Source: Pristiophorus japonicus (taxonomy: Eukaryota). From it: 64,000 bases of DNA. The stretch lies in NCBI RefSeq assembly GCF_044704955.1, contig NC_091995.1, positions 99,882,001-99,946,000 on the forward strand. The letters run 5' to 3'. The notes beneath the pieces are model-generated. The model searched no databases. It was not told the origin of the DNA and saw only the letters and a list, made by a program, of their open reading frames with translations. Shown in pieces: positions 1-12,168 of the stretch (the first letter of the stretch is position 1; the number at the start of each line of letters is the position of its first letter). The translations under genes were made by a program, and so were the position numbers.

Positions 1-3000
1 GCAGTGTTACTGCGGGTGGGTGCTGTGTTACTGGGGGTGGGTGCTGTGTTACTGGGGGTGGGTGCTGTGTTCCTGGAGGTGGGTGCTGTGTTCCTGGAGG
101 TGGGTGCAGTGTTACTGGGAGTGGGTGCAGTATTACTAGGGGTGGGTGCAGTGTTACTGGGAGTGGGTGCAGTGTTACTGGGAGTGGGTGCAGTGTTACT
201 AGGGGTGGGTGCAGTGTTACTGGGGTTGGGTGCTGTGTTACTGAGGGTGGGTGCTGTGTTACTGGGGGTGGGTGCTGTGTTACTGGGGGTGGGTGCTGTG
301 TTACTGGGGGTGGGTGCTGTGTTACTGGGGGTGGGTGCTGTGTTACTGGTGGTGGGTGCTGTGTTACTGGGGGTGGGTGCTGTGTTACTGGGGGTGGGTG
401 CTGTGTTACTGGGGGTGGGTGCAGTGTTACTGGGGGTCGGTGCTGTGTTACTGGGAGTGGGTGCAATGTTACTGGGGGTGGGTGCTGTGTTACTGGGGGT
501 GGGTGCTGTGTTACTGGGGGTGGGTGCTGTGTTCCTGGAGGTGGGTGCTGTGTTCCTGGAGGTGGGTGCTGTGTTCCTGGAGGTGGGTGCAGTGTTACTG
601 GGAGTGGGTGCAGTGTTACTGGGAGTGGGCGCAGTGTTACTGGGGGTGGGCGCAGTGTTACTGGGGGTGGGTGCAGTGTTACTGGAGGTGGGTGCAGTGT
701 TACTGGGGGTGGGTGCTGTGTTACTGGGAGTGGGTGCAGTGTTACTGGGGGTGGGTGCAGTTACTGGGAGTGGGTGCAGTGTTACTGGGAGTGGGTGCAG
801 TGTTACTGGGAGTGGGTGCAGTGTTACTGGGGGTGGGTGCAGTGTTACTGGGAGTGGGTGCAGTGTTACTGGGGGTGGGTGCTGTGTTACTGGGGGTGGG
901 TGCTGTGTTACTGGGGGTGGGTGCTGTGTTACTGGGGGTGGGTGCTGTGTTCCTGGAGGTGGGTGCAGTGTTACTGGGAGTGGGTGCAGTATTACTAGGG
1001 GTGGGTGCAGTGTTACTGGGAGTGGGTGCAGTGTTACTGGGGGTGGGTGCAGTGTTACTGGGGGTGGGTGCAGTGTTACTGGGGGTGGGTGCAGTGTTAC
1101 AGGGGGTGGGTGCAGTGTTACTGGGGGTGGGTGCAGTGTTACTGGGGGTGGGTGCAGTGTTACTGGGGGTGGGTGCAGTGTTACTGGGGGTGGGTGCAGT
1201 GTTACAGGGGGTGGGTGCAGTGTTACTGGGGGTGGGTGCAGTGTTACTGGGGGTGGGTGCAGTGTTACTGGGGGTGGGTGCTGTGTTACTGGGGGTGGGT
1301 GCTGTGTTACTGGGGGTGGGTGCTGTGTTACTGGGGGTGGGTGCTGTGTTACTGGGGGTGGGTGCTGTGTTACTGGGAGTGGGTGCAGTGTTACTGGGGG
1401 TGGGTGCTGTGTTACTGGGGGTGGGTGCTGTGTTACTGGGGGTGGGTGCTGTGTTACTGGGGGTGGGTGCAGTGTTACTGGGGGTGGGTGCAGTGTTACT
1501 GGGGGTGGGTGCAGTGTTACTGGGGGTGGGTGCAGTGTTATTGGGGGTCGGTGCTGTGTTACTGGGAGTGGGTGCAGTGTTACTGGAGGTGGGTGCTGTG
1601 TTCCTGGAGGTGGGTGCTGTGTTCCTGGAGGTGGGTGCAGTGTAACTGGGAGTGGGTGCAGTGTTACTGGGAGTGGGTGCAGTGTTACTGGGGGTGGGTG
1701 CAGTGTTACTGGGGGTGGGTGCAGTGTTACTGGGGGTGGGTGCAGTGTTACTGGGGGTGGGTGCAGTGTTATTGGGGGTGGGTGCTGTGTTACTGGGAGT
1801 GGGTGCAGTGTTACTGCGGGTGGGTGCTGTGTTACTGGGGGTGGGTGCTGTGTTACTGGGGGTGGGTGCTGTGTTCCTGGAGGTGGGTGCTGTGTTCCTG
1901 GAGGTGGGTGCAGTGTTACTGGGAGTGGGTGCAGTGTTACTGGGAGTGGGTGCAGTATTACTAGGGGTGGGTGCAGTGTTACTGGGAGTGGGTGCAGTGT
2001 TACTGGGAGTGGGTGCAGTGTTACTAGGGGTGGGTGCAGTGTTACTGGGGTTGGGTGCAGTGTTACTGGGGGTGGGTGCAGTGTTACTGGGGGTGGGTGC
2101 TGTGTTACTGAGGGTGGGTGCTGTGTTACTGGGGGTGGGTGCTGTGTTACTGGAGGTGGGTGCTGTGTTACTGGGGGTGGGTGCTGTGTTACTGGGGGTG
2201 GGTGCTGTGTTACTGGGGGTGGGTGCAGTGTTACTGGTGGTGGGTGCTGTGTTACTGGTGGTGGGTGCTGTGTTACTGGGGGTGGGTGCTGTGTTACTGG
2301 GGGTGGGTGCTGTGTTACTGGGGGTCGGTGCTGTGTTACTGGGGGTCGGTGCTGTGTTACTGGGAGTGGGTGCAGTGTTACTGGGGGTGGGTGCTGTGTT
2401 ACTGGGGGTGGGTGCTGTGTTACTGGGGGTGGGTGCTGTGTTCCTGGAGGTGGGTGCAGTGTTACTGGGAGTGGGTGCAGTGTTACTGGGGGTGGGTGCA
2501 GTGTTACTGGGGGTGGGTGCAGTGTTACTGGAGGTGGGTGCAGTGTTACTGGGGGTGGGTGCTGTGTTACTGGGAGTGGGTGCAGTGTTACTGGGGGTGG
2601 GTGCAGTTACTGGGAGTGGGTGCAGTGTTACTGGGAGTGGGTGCAGTGTTACTGGGAGTGGGTGCAGTGTTACTGGGGGTGGGTGCAGTGTTACTGGGAG
2701 TGGGTGCAGTGTTACTGGGGGTGGGTGCTGTGTTACTGGGGGTGGGTGCTGTGTTACTGGGGGTGGGTGCTGTGTTACTGGGGGTGGGTGCTGTGTTACT
2801 GGGGGTGGGTGCTGTGTTCCTGGAGGTGGGTGCTGTGTTCCTGGAGGTGGGTGCAGTGTTACTGGGAGTGGGTGCAGTGTTACTAGGGGTGGGTGCAGTG
2901 TTACTGGGAGTGGGTGCAGTGTTACTAGGGGTGGGTGCAGTGTTACTGGGGGTGGGTGCTGTGTTACTGGGGGTGGGTGCTGTGTTACTGGAGGTGGGTG

Positions 3001-6000
3001 CTGTGTTACTGGGAGTGGGTGCAGTGTTACTGGGGGTGGGTGCTGTGTTACTGGGAGTGGGTGCAGTGTTACTGGGGGTGGGTGCTGTGTTACTGGGGGT
3101 GGGTGCAGTGTTACTGGGGGTGGGTGCAGTGTTACTGGGGGTGGGTGCAGTGTTACTGGGAGTGGGTGCAGTGTTACTGGGAGTGGGTGCAGTGTTACTG
3201 GGGGTGGGTGCAGTGTTACTGGGGGTGGGTGCAGTGTTACTGGGAGTGGGTGCAGTGTTACTGGGGGTGGGTGCAGTGTTACTGGGAGTGGGTGCAGTGT
3301 TACTGGGAGTGGATGCAGTGTTACTGGGAGTGGGTGCAGTGTTACTGGGGGTGGGTGCTGTGTTACTGGGGGTGGGTGCAGTGTTACTGGGGGTGGGTGC
3401 AGTGTTACTGGGAGTGGGTGCAGTGTTACTGGGAGTGGGTGCAGTGTTACTGGGGGTGGGTGCTGTGTTACTGGGGGTGGGTGCTGTGTTACTGGGGGTG
3501 TGTGCAGTGTTACTGGGAGTGGGTGCAGTGTTACTGGGAGTGGGTGCAGTGTTACTGGGGGTGGGTGCAGTGTTACTGGGAGTGGGTGCAGTGTTACTGG
3601 GAGTGGATGCAGTGTTACTGGGGGTGGGTGCAGTGTTACTGGGAGTGGGTGCAGTGTTACTGGGAGTGGGTGCAGTGTTACTGGGGGTGGGTGCATTGTT
3701 ACTGGGAGTGGGTGCAGTGTTACTGGGGGTGGGTGCTGTGTTACTGGGAGTGGGTGCAGTGTTACTGGGGGTGGGTGCAGTGTTACTGGGGGTGGGTGCT
3801 GTGTTACTGGGAGTGGGTGCAGTTACTGGGGGTGGGTGCTGTGTTACTGGGGGTGGGTGCTGTGTTACTGGGAGTGGGTGCAGTGTTACTGGGGGTGGGT
3901 GCTGTGTTACTGGGAGTGGGTGCAGTGTTACTGGGGGTGGGTGCTGTGTTACTGGGAGTGGGTGCAGTGTTACTGGGGGTGGGTGCTGTGTTACTGGGGG
4001 TGGGTGCTGTGTTACTGGGGGTGGGTGCTGTGTTACTGGTGGTGGGTGCTGTGTTACTGGGGGTGGGTGCAGTGTTACTGGGGGTGGGTGCAGTGTTACT
4101 GGGGGTGGGTGCAGTGTTACTGGGGGTGGGTGCAGTGTTACTGGGAGTGGGTGCAGTGTTACTGGGAGTGGGTGCAGTGTTACTGGGAGTGGGTGCAGTG
4201 TTACTGGGGGTGGGTGCAGTGTTACTGGGAGTGGGTGCAGTGTTACTGGGAGTGGATGCAGTGTTACTGGGGGTGGGTGCAGTGTTACTGGGGGTGGGTG
4301 CAGTGTTACTGGGAGTTGTTGCAGTGTTACTGGGAGTGGGTGCAGTGTTACTGGGAGTGGGTGCAGTGTTACTGGGAGTGGGTGCAGTGTTACTGGGAGT
4401 GGGTGCAGTGTTACTGGGGGTGGGTGCATTGTTACTGGGAGTGGGTGCAGTGTTACTGGGGGTGGGTGCTGTGTTACTGGGAGTGGGTGCAGTGTTACTG
4501 GGGGTGGGTGCAGTGTTACTGGGGGTGGGTGCTGTGTTACTGGGAGTGGGTGCAGTTACTGGGGGTGGGTGCTGTGTTACTGGGGGTGGGTGCTGTGTTA
4601 CTGGGAGTGGGTGCAGTTACTGGGAGTGGGTCCTGTGTTACTGGGGGTGGGTGCAGTGTTACTGGGGGTGGGTGCAGTGTTACTGGGAGTGGGTGCAGTG
4701 TTACTGGGGGTGGGTGCTGTGTTACTGGGGGTGGGTGCTGTGTTACTGGGGGTGGGTGCTGTGTTACTGGGGGTGGGTGCTGTGTTACTGGGGGTGGGTG
4801 CTGTGTTACTGGAGGTGGGTGCTGTGTTACTGGAGGTGGGTGCTGTGTTACTGGGGGTGGGTGCAGTGTTACTGGGGGTGGGTGCTGTGTTACTGGGGGT
4901 GGGTGTTGTGTTACTGGAGGTGGGTGCTGTGTTACTGGGGGTGGGTGCTGTGTTACTGGGGGTGGGTGCTGTGTTACTGGAGGAGGGTGCTGTGTTACTG
5001 GAGGTGGGTGCTGTGTTACTGGGGGTGGGTGCTGTGTTACTGGGGGTGGGTGCAGTGTTACTGGGAGTGGGTGCTGTGTTACTGGGAGTGGGTGCTGTGT
5101 GGGTGCTGTGTTACTGGGGGTGGGTGCTGTGTTACTGGGGGTGGGTGCTGTGTTACTGGGGGTGGGTGCTGTGTTACTGGGGGTGGATGCAGTGTTACTG
5201 GGGGTGGGTGCAGTGTTACTGGGAGTGGGTGCAGTGTTACTGGGGGTGGGTGCAGTGTTACTGGGGGTGGGTGCTGTGTTACTGGGAGTGGGTGCAGTTA
5301 CTGGGAGTGGGTGCAGTGTTACTGGGAGTGGGTGCAGTGTTACTGGGAGTGGGTGCAGTGTTACTGGGGGTGGGTGCAGTGTTACTGGGGGTGGGTGCAG
5401 TGTTACTGGGAGTGGGTGCAGTGTTACTGGGGGTGGGTGCTGTGTTCCTGGAGGTGGGTGCTGTGTTCCTGGAGGTGGGTGCAGTGTTACTGTGAGTGGG
5501 TGCAGTGTTACTGGGGGTGGGTGCAGTGTTACTGGGGGTGGGTGCAGTGTTACTAGGGGTGGGTGCAGTGTTACTGGGGGTGGGTGCAGTGTTACTGGGA
5601 GTGGGTGCAGTGTTCCTGGGGGTGGGTGCTGTGTTCCTGGAGGTGGGTGCTGTGTTACTGTGAGTGGGTGCAGTGTTACTAGGGGTGGGTGCAGTGTTAC
5701 TGGGAGTGGGTGCAGTGTTAGTGGGAGTGGGTGCAGTGTTACTGGGGGTGGGTGCTGTGTTACTGGGGGTGGGTGCTGTGTTACTGTGAGTGGGTGCAGT
5801 GTTACTAGGGGTGGGTGCAGTGTTACTGGGAGTGGGTGCAGTGTTACTGGGAGTGGGTGCTGTGTTCCTGGAGGTGGGTGCAGTGTTACTGTGAGTGGGT
5901 GCAGTGTTACTAGGGGTGGGTGCAGTGTTACTGGGAGTGGGTGCAGTGTTAGTGGGAGTGGGTGCAGTGTTACTGGGAGTGGGTGCAGTGTTAGTGGGAG

Positions 6001-6125
6001 TGGGTGCAGTGTTACTGGGGGTGGGTGCTGTGTTACTGGGAGTGGGTGCAGTGTTACTGGGGGTGGGTGCTGTGTTACTGGGGGTGGGTGCTGAGTTACT
6101 GAAGGTGGGTGCTGTGTTACTGGAA
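1..6125. repeat. 21-bp G-rich minisatellite, GTGTTACTGG(G/A)(G/A)GTGGGTGC(A/T), over 6 kb, in the intron of the THAP7-like gene
   Basis: Direct tandem periodicity. The 21-nt unit explains the LLGVGAV / TGGGCSV / CYWGWVQ translations. Occasional 19-nt units shift the frame. Confidence 0.98.
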
Positions 6126-6175
6126 GTGCCGCGGGCGAGGGGCTGCATTATTTTTCACCCGGGGGTGTTACTGAC

Positions 6176-6255
6176 CTATGAAAGGTGATGCCGTTGATTC
6201 TTGAATCCTTGGTGTCCCTTGATCTGCACCCATCGGCCGAGCAGTGACGAGGCAT
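6176..6255 (-). CDS. THAP7: First coding exon of a THAP-domain protein (THAP7-like): [26 protein letters not shown](R)
   Basis: Minus-strand ATG at 6255. The MPxxCxxxxC...FH pattern is the THAP N-terminus and resembles THAP7 (MPRHCSAAGC..RDT...GISFHR, recalled). Acceptor TTGTGTTACAG opens the exon at 6272, and the phase-2 donor AG|GTCAGT closes it at 6176. The rest of the gene lies left of the window. Confidence 0.8.
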
Positions 6256-6367
6256 CGCGTTGTGACTCCAGCCTGTAACACAAACTGACACAGGAGGAGG
6301 TTCAAATACGATCTGTTCCTGGTCTCATCTTAATCTAAACATTGCAAATGGCAGTGGTGAGTGGACA

Positions 6368-7390
6368 GTGATCCCACTTCTATCTCCCACACTGCATGCT
6401 CGCTCTCAGCGCTCTCCCTCCACTCCATCACCCCCTCGCTCCTGCCACCCAACCTGGCCCTTCTCAACCCTTCCCTCCCGCTCCATTGACCACTCCTCCA
6501 TCCCAACCATGGCCTCTCCTCCCTCTCGACCTTGGCCCTGCCTCCTTCCCTCATCCATAGCTCCTCGTCCCTCCCGATCACCCCGCCCCCTCAACCCTGG
6601 CTCCTCCTCCCATATCCACCCCTCAACCCTGGCTCCTCCTCCCATATCCACCCCTCATCCCTGGCTCCTCCTCCTCCTCCTCCTCAAACCTCGCGCTCCC
6701 CCCTCCGCAACCTCTCACCCCCCCCTTTCCCCTAACTCGCTCCCCCTTCCCCTGGCCCCTGGCCCCCACCTCGCTCCCCCCTTCTCTGGCTCCTCCTCCT
6801 CCCCTCCCTCACTCAACCCTGGCCCCTCCCTCTCAATCCTGGCTCCTCCTCCCTCCCGCAACCCTGGCCCCTCCTCCTCAACTCTGGCTCCTCCTCCTCA
6901 ACTCCAGCCCCTCCCTCTCAATCCTGGCCCCTCCCTCTCAATCCTGAGTCCTCCTCCCTCCTCCTCAACTCCGGCCCCTCCTCCTCCTCTTCCTTACCCT
7001 GGCTCCGCCTCCTCCCCTCCCTCACTCAACCGTGGCCTCTCCCTCTCAAACCTGGCTCCTCCTCCCTCCCTCAACCCTGGCCCCTCCTCCTCCTCCTCCT
7101 CCCCTCCCTCAACCCTGGCCCCTCCTCCTCAACTCCGGCCCCTCCTCCTCTTCCTTACCCTGGCTCCTCCTCCTCCCTCACTCACTCACTCACTCAACCC
7201 TGGCCCCTCCCTCTCAATCCTGGCCCCTCCTCCCTCAACCCTGGCCTCAACTCCGGCCCCTCCTACTCTTCCTTACCCTGGCTCCTCCTCCTTACCCCAT
7301 CCACTGGCCCCCTCCTTCCTCCTTAACCTTCCACTCAACCTCTGGCCCTTTCACCCTCCACTCCAGTCTCCCTGTCCCTCTCCTCCTCTG
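6368..7390. repeat. C/T-rich low-complexity repeat (CTCAACCCTGGCCCCTCC-like units)
   Basis: Polypyrimidine tract with a recurring motif. Confidence 0.85.
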
Positions 7391-7396
7391 ACTCAC

Positions 7397-7443
7397 TCTG
7401 TCCCGTTCGACCTCACTAAAATGGCGGCCGCTTTAGCTTCCAT
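7397..7443 (-). other. Putative 5' exon of the THAP7-like gene
   Basis: Consensus donor GA|GTGAGT (plus-strand ACTCAC at 7391-7396) at the edge of the CpG island. Contains a YY1-type GCCGCCATTTT motif. TSS unknown. Confidence 0.55.
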
Positions 7444-8000
7444 CTGACGTCACCGCGCCCTGACGCAGGCCCTGTGCTAACCCGGATGCTGCGCGCGCGG
7501 CTGCTCCAGCAGCCGGCGATGTTGTGGCGGCTCTTGTACTTTACTTTAATGGGCTCCATTTTGCCGGGCGGGAGCGGGCCGCCCGGTGCTCGGACGGTAA
7601 TTTTGCCTCCGCGAGGCTGAGCCCTTGGCGCCGCTCCCGGGCGCCTGCGCAGTGGGGCGGCGGCCAAGTCCAGCGCGCTGACGTCACGCGGCACGTTGCG
7701 CGGTGACGCAGGGCCTGCCCCCTGCCCGGCTGAGAGGCGGCCGCTCCCGGAGAGACAAGAGGTGAGAGGCCCCCGGGCCCAGACACGCCACACCCCGGCC
7801 CCCCACCCCACACCACCCCCGGCTTTGTGAGGGGCGGCGGGGCCTGCCGGACATTGGCAAAGGGTGGAAGCGGAGCGGCCGCTCGGCGGGTCAGGGGTCA
7901 CCGGCACTGAACCCCCGTTAAAGAGCCCGCGCCCCCATCGCCGCTGAGCCCCTGTTAAAGGGCCGGCAGCGGCCAGCCCCTGTCCCTCCCCTCACTGCTG
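7400..8000. promoter_or_regulatory. CpG-island bidirectional promoter (THAP7-like / ZBTB45)
   Basis: High CpG density. Palindromic CRE TGACGTCA at 7445-7452 and 7679-7686, each followed by a TGACGCA half-site. YY1 motif AAAATGGCGGC near 7418. Plus-strand donor AG|GTGAGA at 7761/7762, the probable end of non-coding ZBTB45 exon 1. Confidence 0.75.
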
Positions 8001-8739
8001 AGGTATTGCGGGGTGGGGACCAGTCCCAGCCCTCACACAGCTGGCCATCTGCAAATCCCCAACTTTCAGCTCTGCTCTGCTATTCGGCTATGGAGGGCAT
8101 CGTGCCGGCATCCAATCCAAAGCTGCCTCTCGCATGCGACCACCTCCCACAGTCACACTGATGCCAGCTAGGAGCCGGTACACTGGCTGATTACCCCCCA
8201 CTCCTTAACCCACAAATGCTCAGCCCTTCTTTGGAATTGTTGCTGCCTTTTGGTTGTTTTCAGCCATATCAGCATAGACCAGGGAATTGCGCAAAGAGCG
8301 TGTTGGTCCCTTTTGGCTTCGTTTCTTCTTTTTAAACGGCCGCTTAGTCCGAGTCAGTGGGTACATCTTATAGCAGCAGTTTGGTACCCTGAGAGTGGTA
8401 GAGGAATGTAAATAATCTTTCAACAATTTACATAGGATATACTGCACAGTAATAAACCATTGGGGCCCAACCAGTCCATGCCGGCTCATTCAAAATGTGT
8501 GGAACAGTAATGGAACTGTAGGTAGTTGTTGATGAGGATAAGTTTCAGTTATATAAGAACACAAGAATTAGGAGCAGAAGTCAGCGATTTGTCAGGCCCC
8601 TCGTGCCTGCTCTGTCATTTACTAAGATCATGGCTGATCTGAAAGTTGCTCAAGTTGAGCTAATCGAGAGAAGGAACTTTATATATAAAATAATCTAACA
8701 TGTCTGCAAATGTCATGCATGCAAATTATATGTCCCATT

Positions 8740-9087
8740 TAGAATCATAAAAATTTACAGCACCGCAGGAGGCCATTTTGGCCCACCGTGTCTCCGCCGG
8801 CCAACCAAGAGCGACCCAGCCTCATCCCACTTTCCAGCTCTTGGTCCGTAGCCCTGTAGGTTACGGCACTTCAGGTGCATATCCAAGTATCTTTTAAATG
8901 TGGTGAGGGTTTCTGCCTCTACCACCCTTTCAGGCCGTGAGTTCCAGACCCCCACTACCCTCTGGGTGAAAAACATTCCCCTCAAATCTCCTCGAAACCT
9001 CCCCCCCAATTACTTTAAATCTATGCCCCCTGCTAAGGGAAATAGGTACGTCCTATCCACTCTATCTAGGCCCCTCATAATTTTATA
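8740..9087 (-). mobile_element. CR1/L3 LINE 3' fragment
   Basis: Minus translation FFTQRVVGVWN...FKRYLD...QGYGPRAGKW is the CR1 ORF2 C-terminus, followed by the 3' UTR and tail. Confidence 0.85.
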
Positions 9088-9699
9088 CTTGTACCTGATT
9101 GGTTCAAGTATCTTATTTATAAAATTTAAACAAATATAAATAAAACAAGTCATCTCTGGTTGGGTTCTGACTTTTCCCTAAAGGGACAGGCAGCTGTCAA
9201 TCTGCAGAAACTTCCCTCCGCAATCACAATTAGCCTCGAACTGACCTTGCATATTTAGACCATCTCCCCAAAGGGAATGGGTAAGCTGTGGCCTTAAAGG
9301 TACAGGCAGGGTAATCCCAACACTACTGCTGAGCCCTGCCTGCCTGTCTGAGGCTGTGTGATGTGTGACGCACCTTCTCGAAAAAGCTGCAAGGGGAGCA
9401 TTTAGTGAAGAGGTGTGAGTCTGATGAATGAAAAGGTTGGAGTGCTACATGATGGGGTGACGTTTGATCTGTTAATAGCAGATGGTAGTCTATGGTCACA
9501 GGTTGGAATTGGAGCTGGAGAGTGACGGGGACAGGTGCCAGTAACAGATCCAGTGAGCTGCTCATTGCATGGGTTTATAATAGCAGCCCAATTCTGTATG
9601 TGTTTACTGATAGGGCACCTCTCTCAACTACTGGTTTTCCTTGACAATTGTGAGTGAGCTATCACTAATTCCCTCCCCTTTTCCCATACCAGTTTCCAC

Positions 9700-10410
9700 A
9701 AATTCCCCCACCCGCTCTTCCACCCCCATCTATCACCTCTTCCTGCCCCACACCTATTTCCCCCCCTTTTCCCTCCTCTCCCCCACCGTCCCCCTCCTCT
9801 CTCTCAACCCCCGCCCATCTCTTTCCCCCCCCATCTCACCCCCCCATTTCTTCTCCCCCCCCATCTCTCTCTCTCCCCCCCCCCCCCAATCTCTTCCCCC
9901 CCCCCCCCCCCCCCGGCCCATCTCTCCCACACCCTCTTTCCCCCCGCTCCGTCCATCTCTCTCTTCCCCCCCCCCCATCTCTTCCCCCCCCCCCATCTCG
10001 TCCATCTCTCTCTCCCCCCTTCCATCTCTCTCCCCCCCCTTCCATCTCTCTCCGCCCCCTTTCATCTCTCTCCCCCTCCCCTTCCATCTCTCTCCCCCTC
10101 CCCTTCCATCTCTCTCCCCCTCCCCTTCCATCTCTCTCCACCCCCCTTCCATCTCTCTCCCCCCCCTTCCATCTCTCTCACCCCCCTCCCATCTCTCTCC
10201 CTCTCCCCCCTCCCATCTCTCTCCCTCCCCCCTCCCCCTTCCATCTCTCTCTCCCCTCCCTTCCATCTCTCTCTTTCCCCCCCCCTTCCATCTCTCTCTC
10301 CACCCCCTTCCATCTCTCCCTCCCCCCCCCTTCCATCTCTCTTCCCCCCCCCCCCCCCCCCTTCCATCTCTCTCTTCCCGCCCCCCCAGCCCGTCTCTAA
10401 CTCTCTTCCC
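9700..10410. repeat. Polypyrimidine CCATCTCTC/C-run low-complexity tract
   Basis: Almost pure C/T on the plus strand, immediately before the ZBTB45 acceptor. Confidence 0.9.
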
Positions 10411-10493
10411 CCTCCTGCGAGGTACGATTCTGTTGTTTTAATGTGATTGATCCCCTGGTTTCCAGGCCCTGTGGTGCCGTATGAAGGAGAAGA

Positions 10494-12048
10494 ATGTGTG
10501 AGCAACTTCATAGCATCAACCTCCAGAACTTCAGCAGGTCGCTGCTGGAGACGCTGAACTCTCAGCGGCTGGGCGGCCATTTCTGCGATGTGACGGTGCG
10601 GATCCACAACACGGCTCTCCGGGCCCACCGCTGTGTCCTGGCTGCAGCCAGCCCCTTCTTCCACGATAAACTCCTGTTGGGTTACAGTGAGATTGAGGTT
10701 CCGCCCCTGGTCTCGGCCCAGACTCTGCGCCGTCTGGTGGATTTCATGTACAGTGGCTCACTGATGGTCTCTCACGTGGAGGCTCTGCAGATTCTCACAG
10801 CCGCGAGTGTCCTCCAGATCAAAACCATCATCGACGAATGCACGCGCATTATTTCACAGAATGCTCCTCAGAAGGCTCAGGGATTCCAGTCATTGCTCGG
10901 CCAAAAGATGGACCTTTGTGATGAGAAGGAAGCCATTATCTGCCAGACAGTCAGTGAGCAGATCCACAAGTTTCCCATGGGATTGATTGAGACCGCGTTG
11001 TCACCGCACGCAGCTGAGAAAGAATTTGACTTTGTTCGCGGAGGTGCAAAGAACATGGCCGCCAGTGACACTGGGTACAAAGCAGAGGAAATTAGCCCCG
11101 GTCCGGCACGTCCAAAGGGAGCTGGAGAGCAGGCCGCCCCGGACCAGGAGAACCTGTCTCTGATGGACAGTAGCCGGAACAGCGAGGTGCGCGCGCTGTG
11201 GTACAACACTGCGGCCAATCAGCGGCCCGACATGGCGTTGTTGCCACAAGGTAGCCACAGCCGCAAGCAGCGGCAGCCAATCCGGCTCCAAATGGCCGAT
11301 GGAAGTCAAGTGACCATCAAGGAAGAAGATGACGATCTCCTTTACTGTGGGGAGAGCATCTCCGTAGCAACAGGCTCCGACCAATCCACCGAGAACATCA
11401 ACCAAGGTGAGCGGACTGAGGATCTGTCCGAGGGAAACGCATTTGACCCCAACCAGAACACGATGGGGGAACGGAGAGACTCAGGTGGTCATTTGAGTTT
11501 GAGCGGCAAAGGGGATGAGTTGGAATTTTTCAGCGCGAGTGATCTGTTGCCGGAGGAACTGAAGTCCTTTTGGCAGGGTGAGAAAGAGGAGAAGGACCCC
11601 TCCTTACAACAGAACCGGAAAACAGATTGCAAGTCACAGGTCGACGCATCGTTCCCACGGCCATCAACGTTTATGCAGGACTTTCTCCCCGGAGCGAGCG
11701 TGCAGTCCAACCCACGGAACCAGGGCTGCTCGGTGCAGTACGAGGTTCAAGGAGACACTCCCGCAGCCAGCGCAGTCGGTCACCGCAATCTCTTCCAGAT
11801 GAGCCTTCCTCAGTCTCCTCACCTTCCACCTTTGGCCTCCACCTCCCAGACGTGTATGCCCAGCATTTCAGCGCCGTCGCCGTGCCAGAACCCGCCGTTG
11901 TTCCAGGATGCGGGCCAGGCTGTGCCAGCACCGTCTCAGGCCAGTCAGAGTTGCGGTGAAGCCGAGCGGAAGCCCTACGGATGCGCACAATGTGGGAAGA
12001 CCTTCAGCTCCAGACAGAACTACGCAAAGCACATGTTTGTCCACACAG
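10494..12048 (+). CDS. ZBTB45: ZBTB45 coding exon 1: BTB/POZ domain, linker and first C2H2 finger
   Basis: LQNFSRSLLETLNSQRLGGHFCDVTVRI...AHRCVLAA BTB signature of the ZBTB45/ZBTB20 group. Acceptor TTCCAG ends at 10465, with an in-frame stop upstream of the ATG. Finger CAQC...HMFVH, then the phase-1 donor CAG|GTGGGT at 12048. Confidence 0.88.
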
Positions 12049-12168
12049 GTGGGTTCAAGGAGATTCTTTCCATTCCATGCTATTGTAGCTCAGGTTTTCA
12101 TATGTGCTATAAAAAGCGCTCTCCCAGGATTTGCTAATCCTTAATTTGCAGTTTTCTCCACTCCTCTT

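Noticed and set aside
4-6148. Very long ORFs (up to 1480 aa) resembling keratin-associated, mucin or elastin-like proteins
   Set aside because: They are translations of a 21-bp minisatellite, open in several frames on both strands, frameshifted by 19-bp units and lying in an intron.
6368-7447. 359-aa Pro/Ser/Leu-rich ORF (also 9641-10441 and 54850-55838)
   Set aside because: Low-complexity pyrimidine tracts in introns.
12049-12137. ORF-track C-terminus of ZBTB45 (GFKEILSIPC...)
   Set aside because: Read-through into the intron. Splicing at 12048 to 20064 restores the TGEKP linker.
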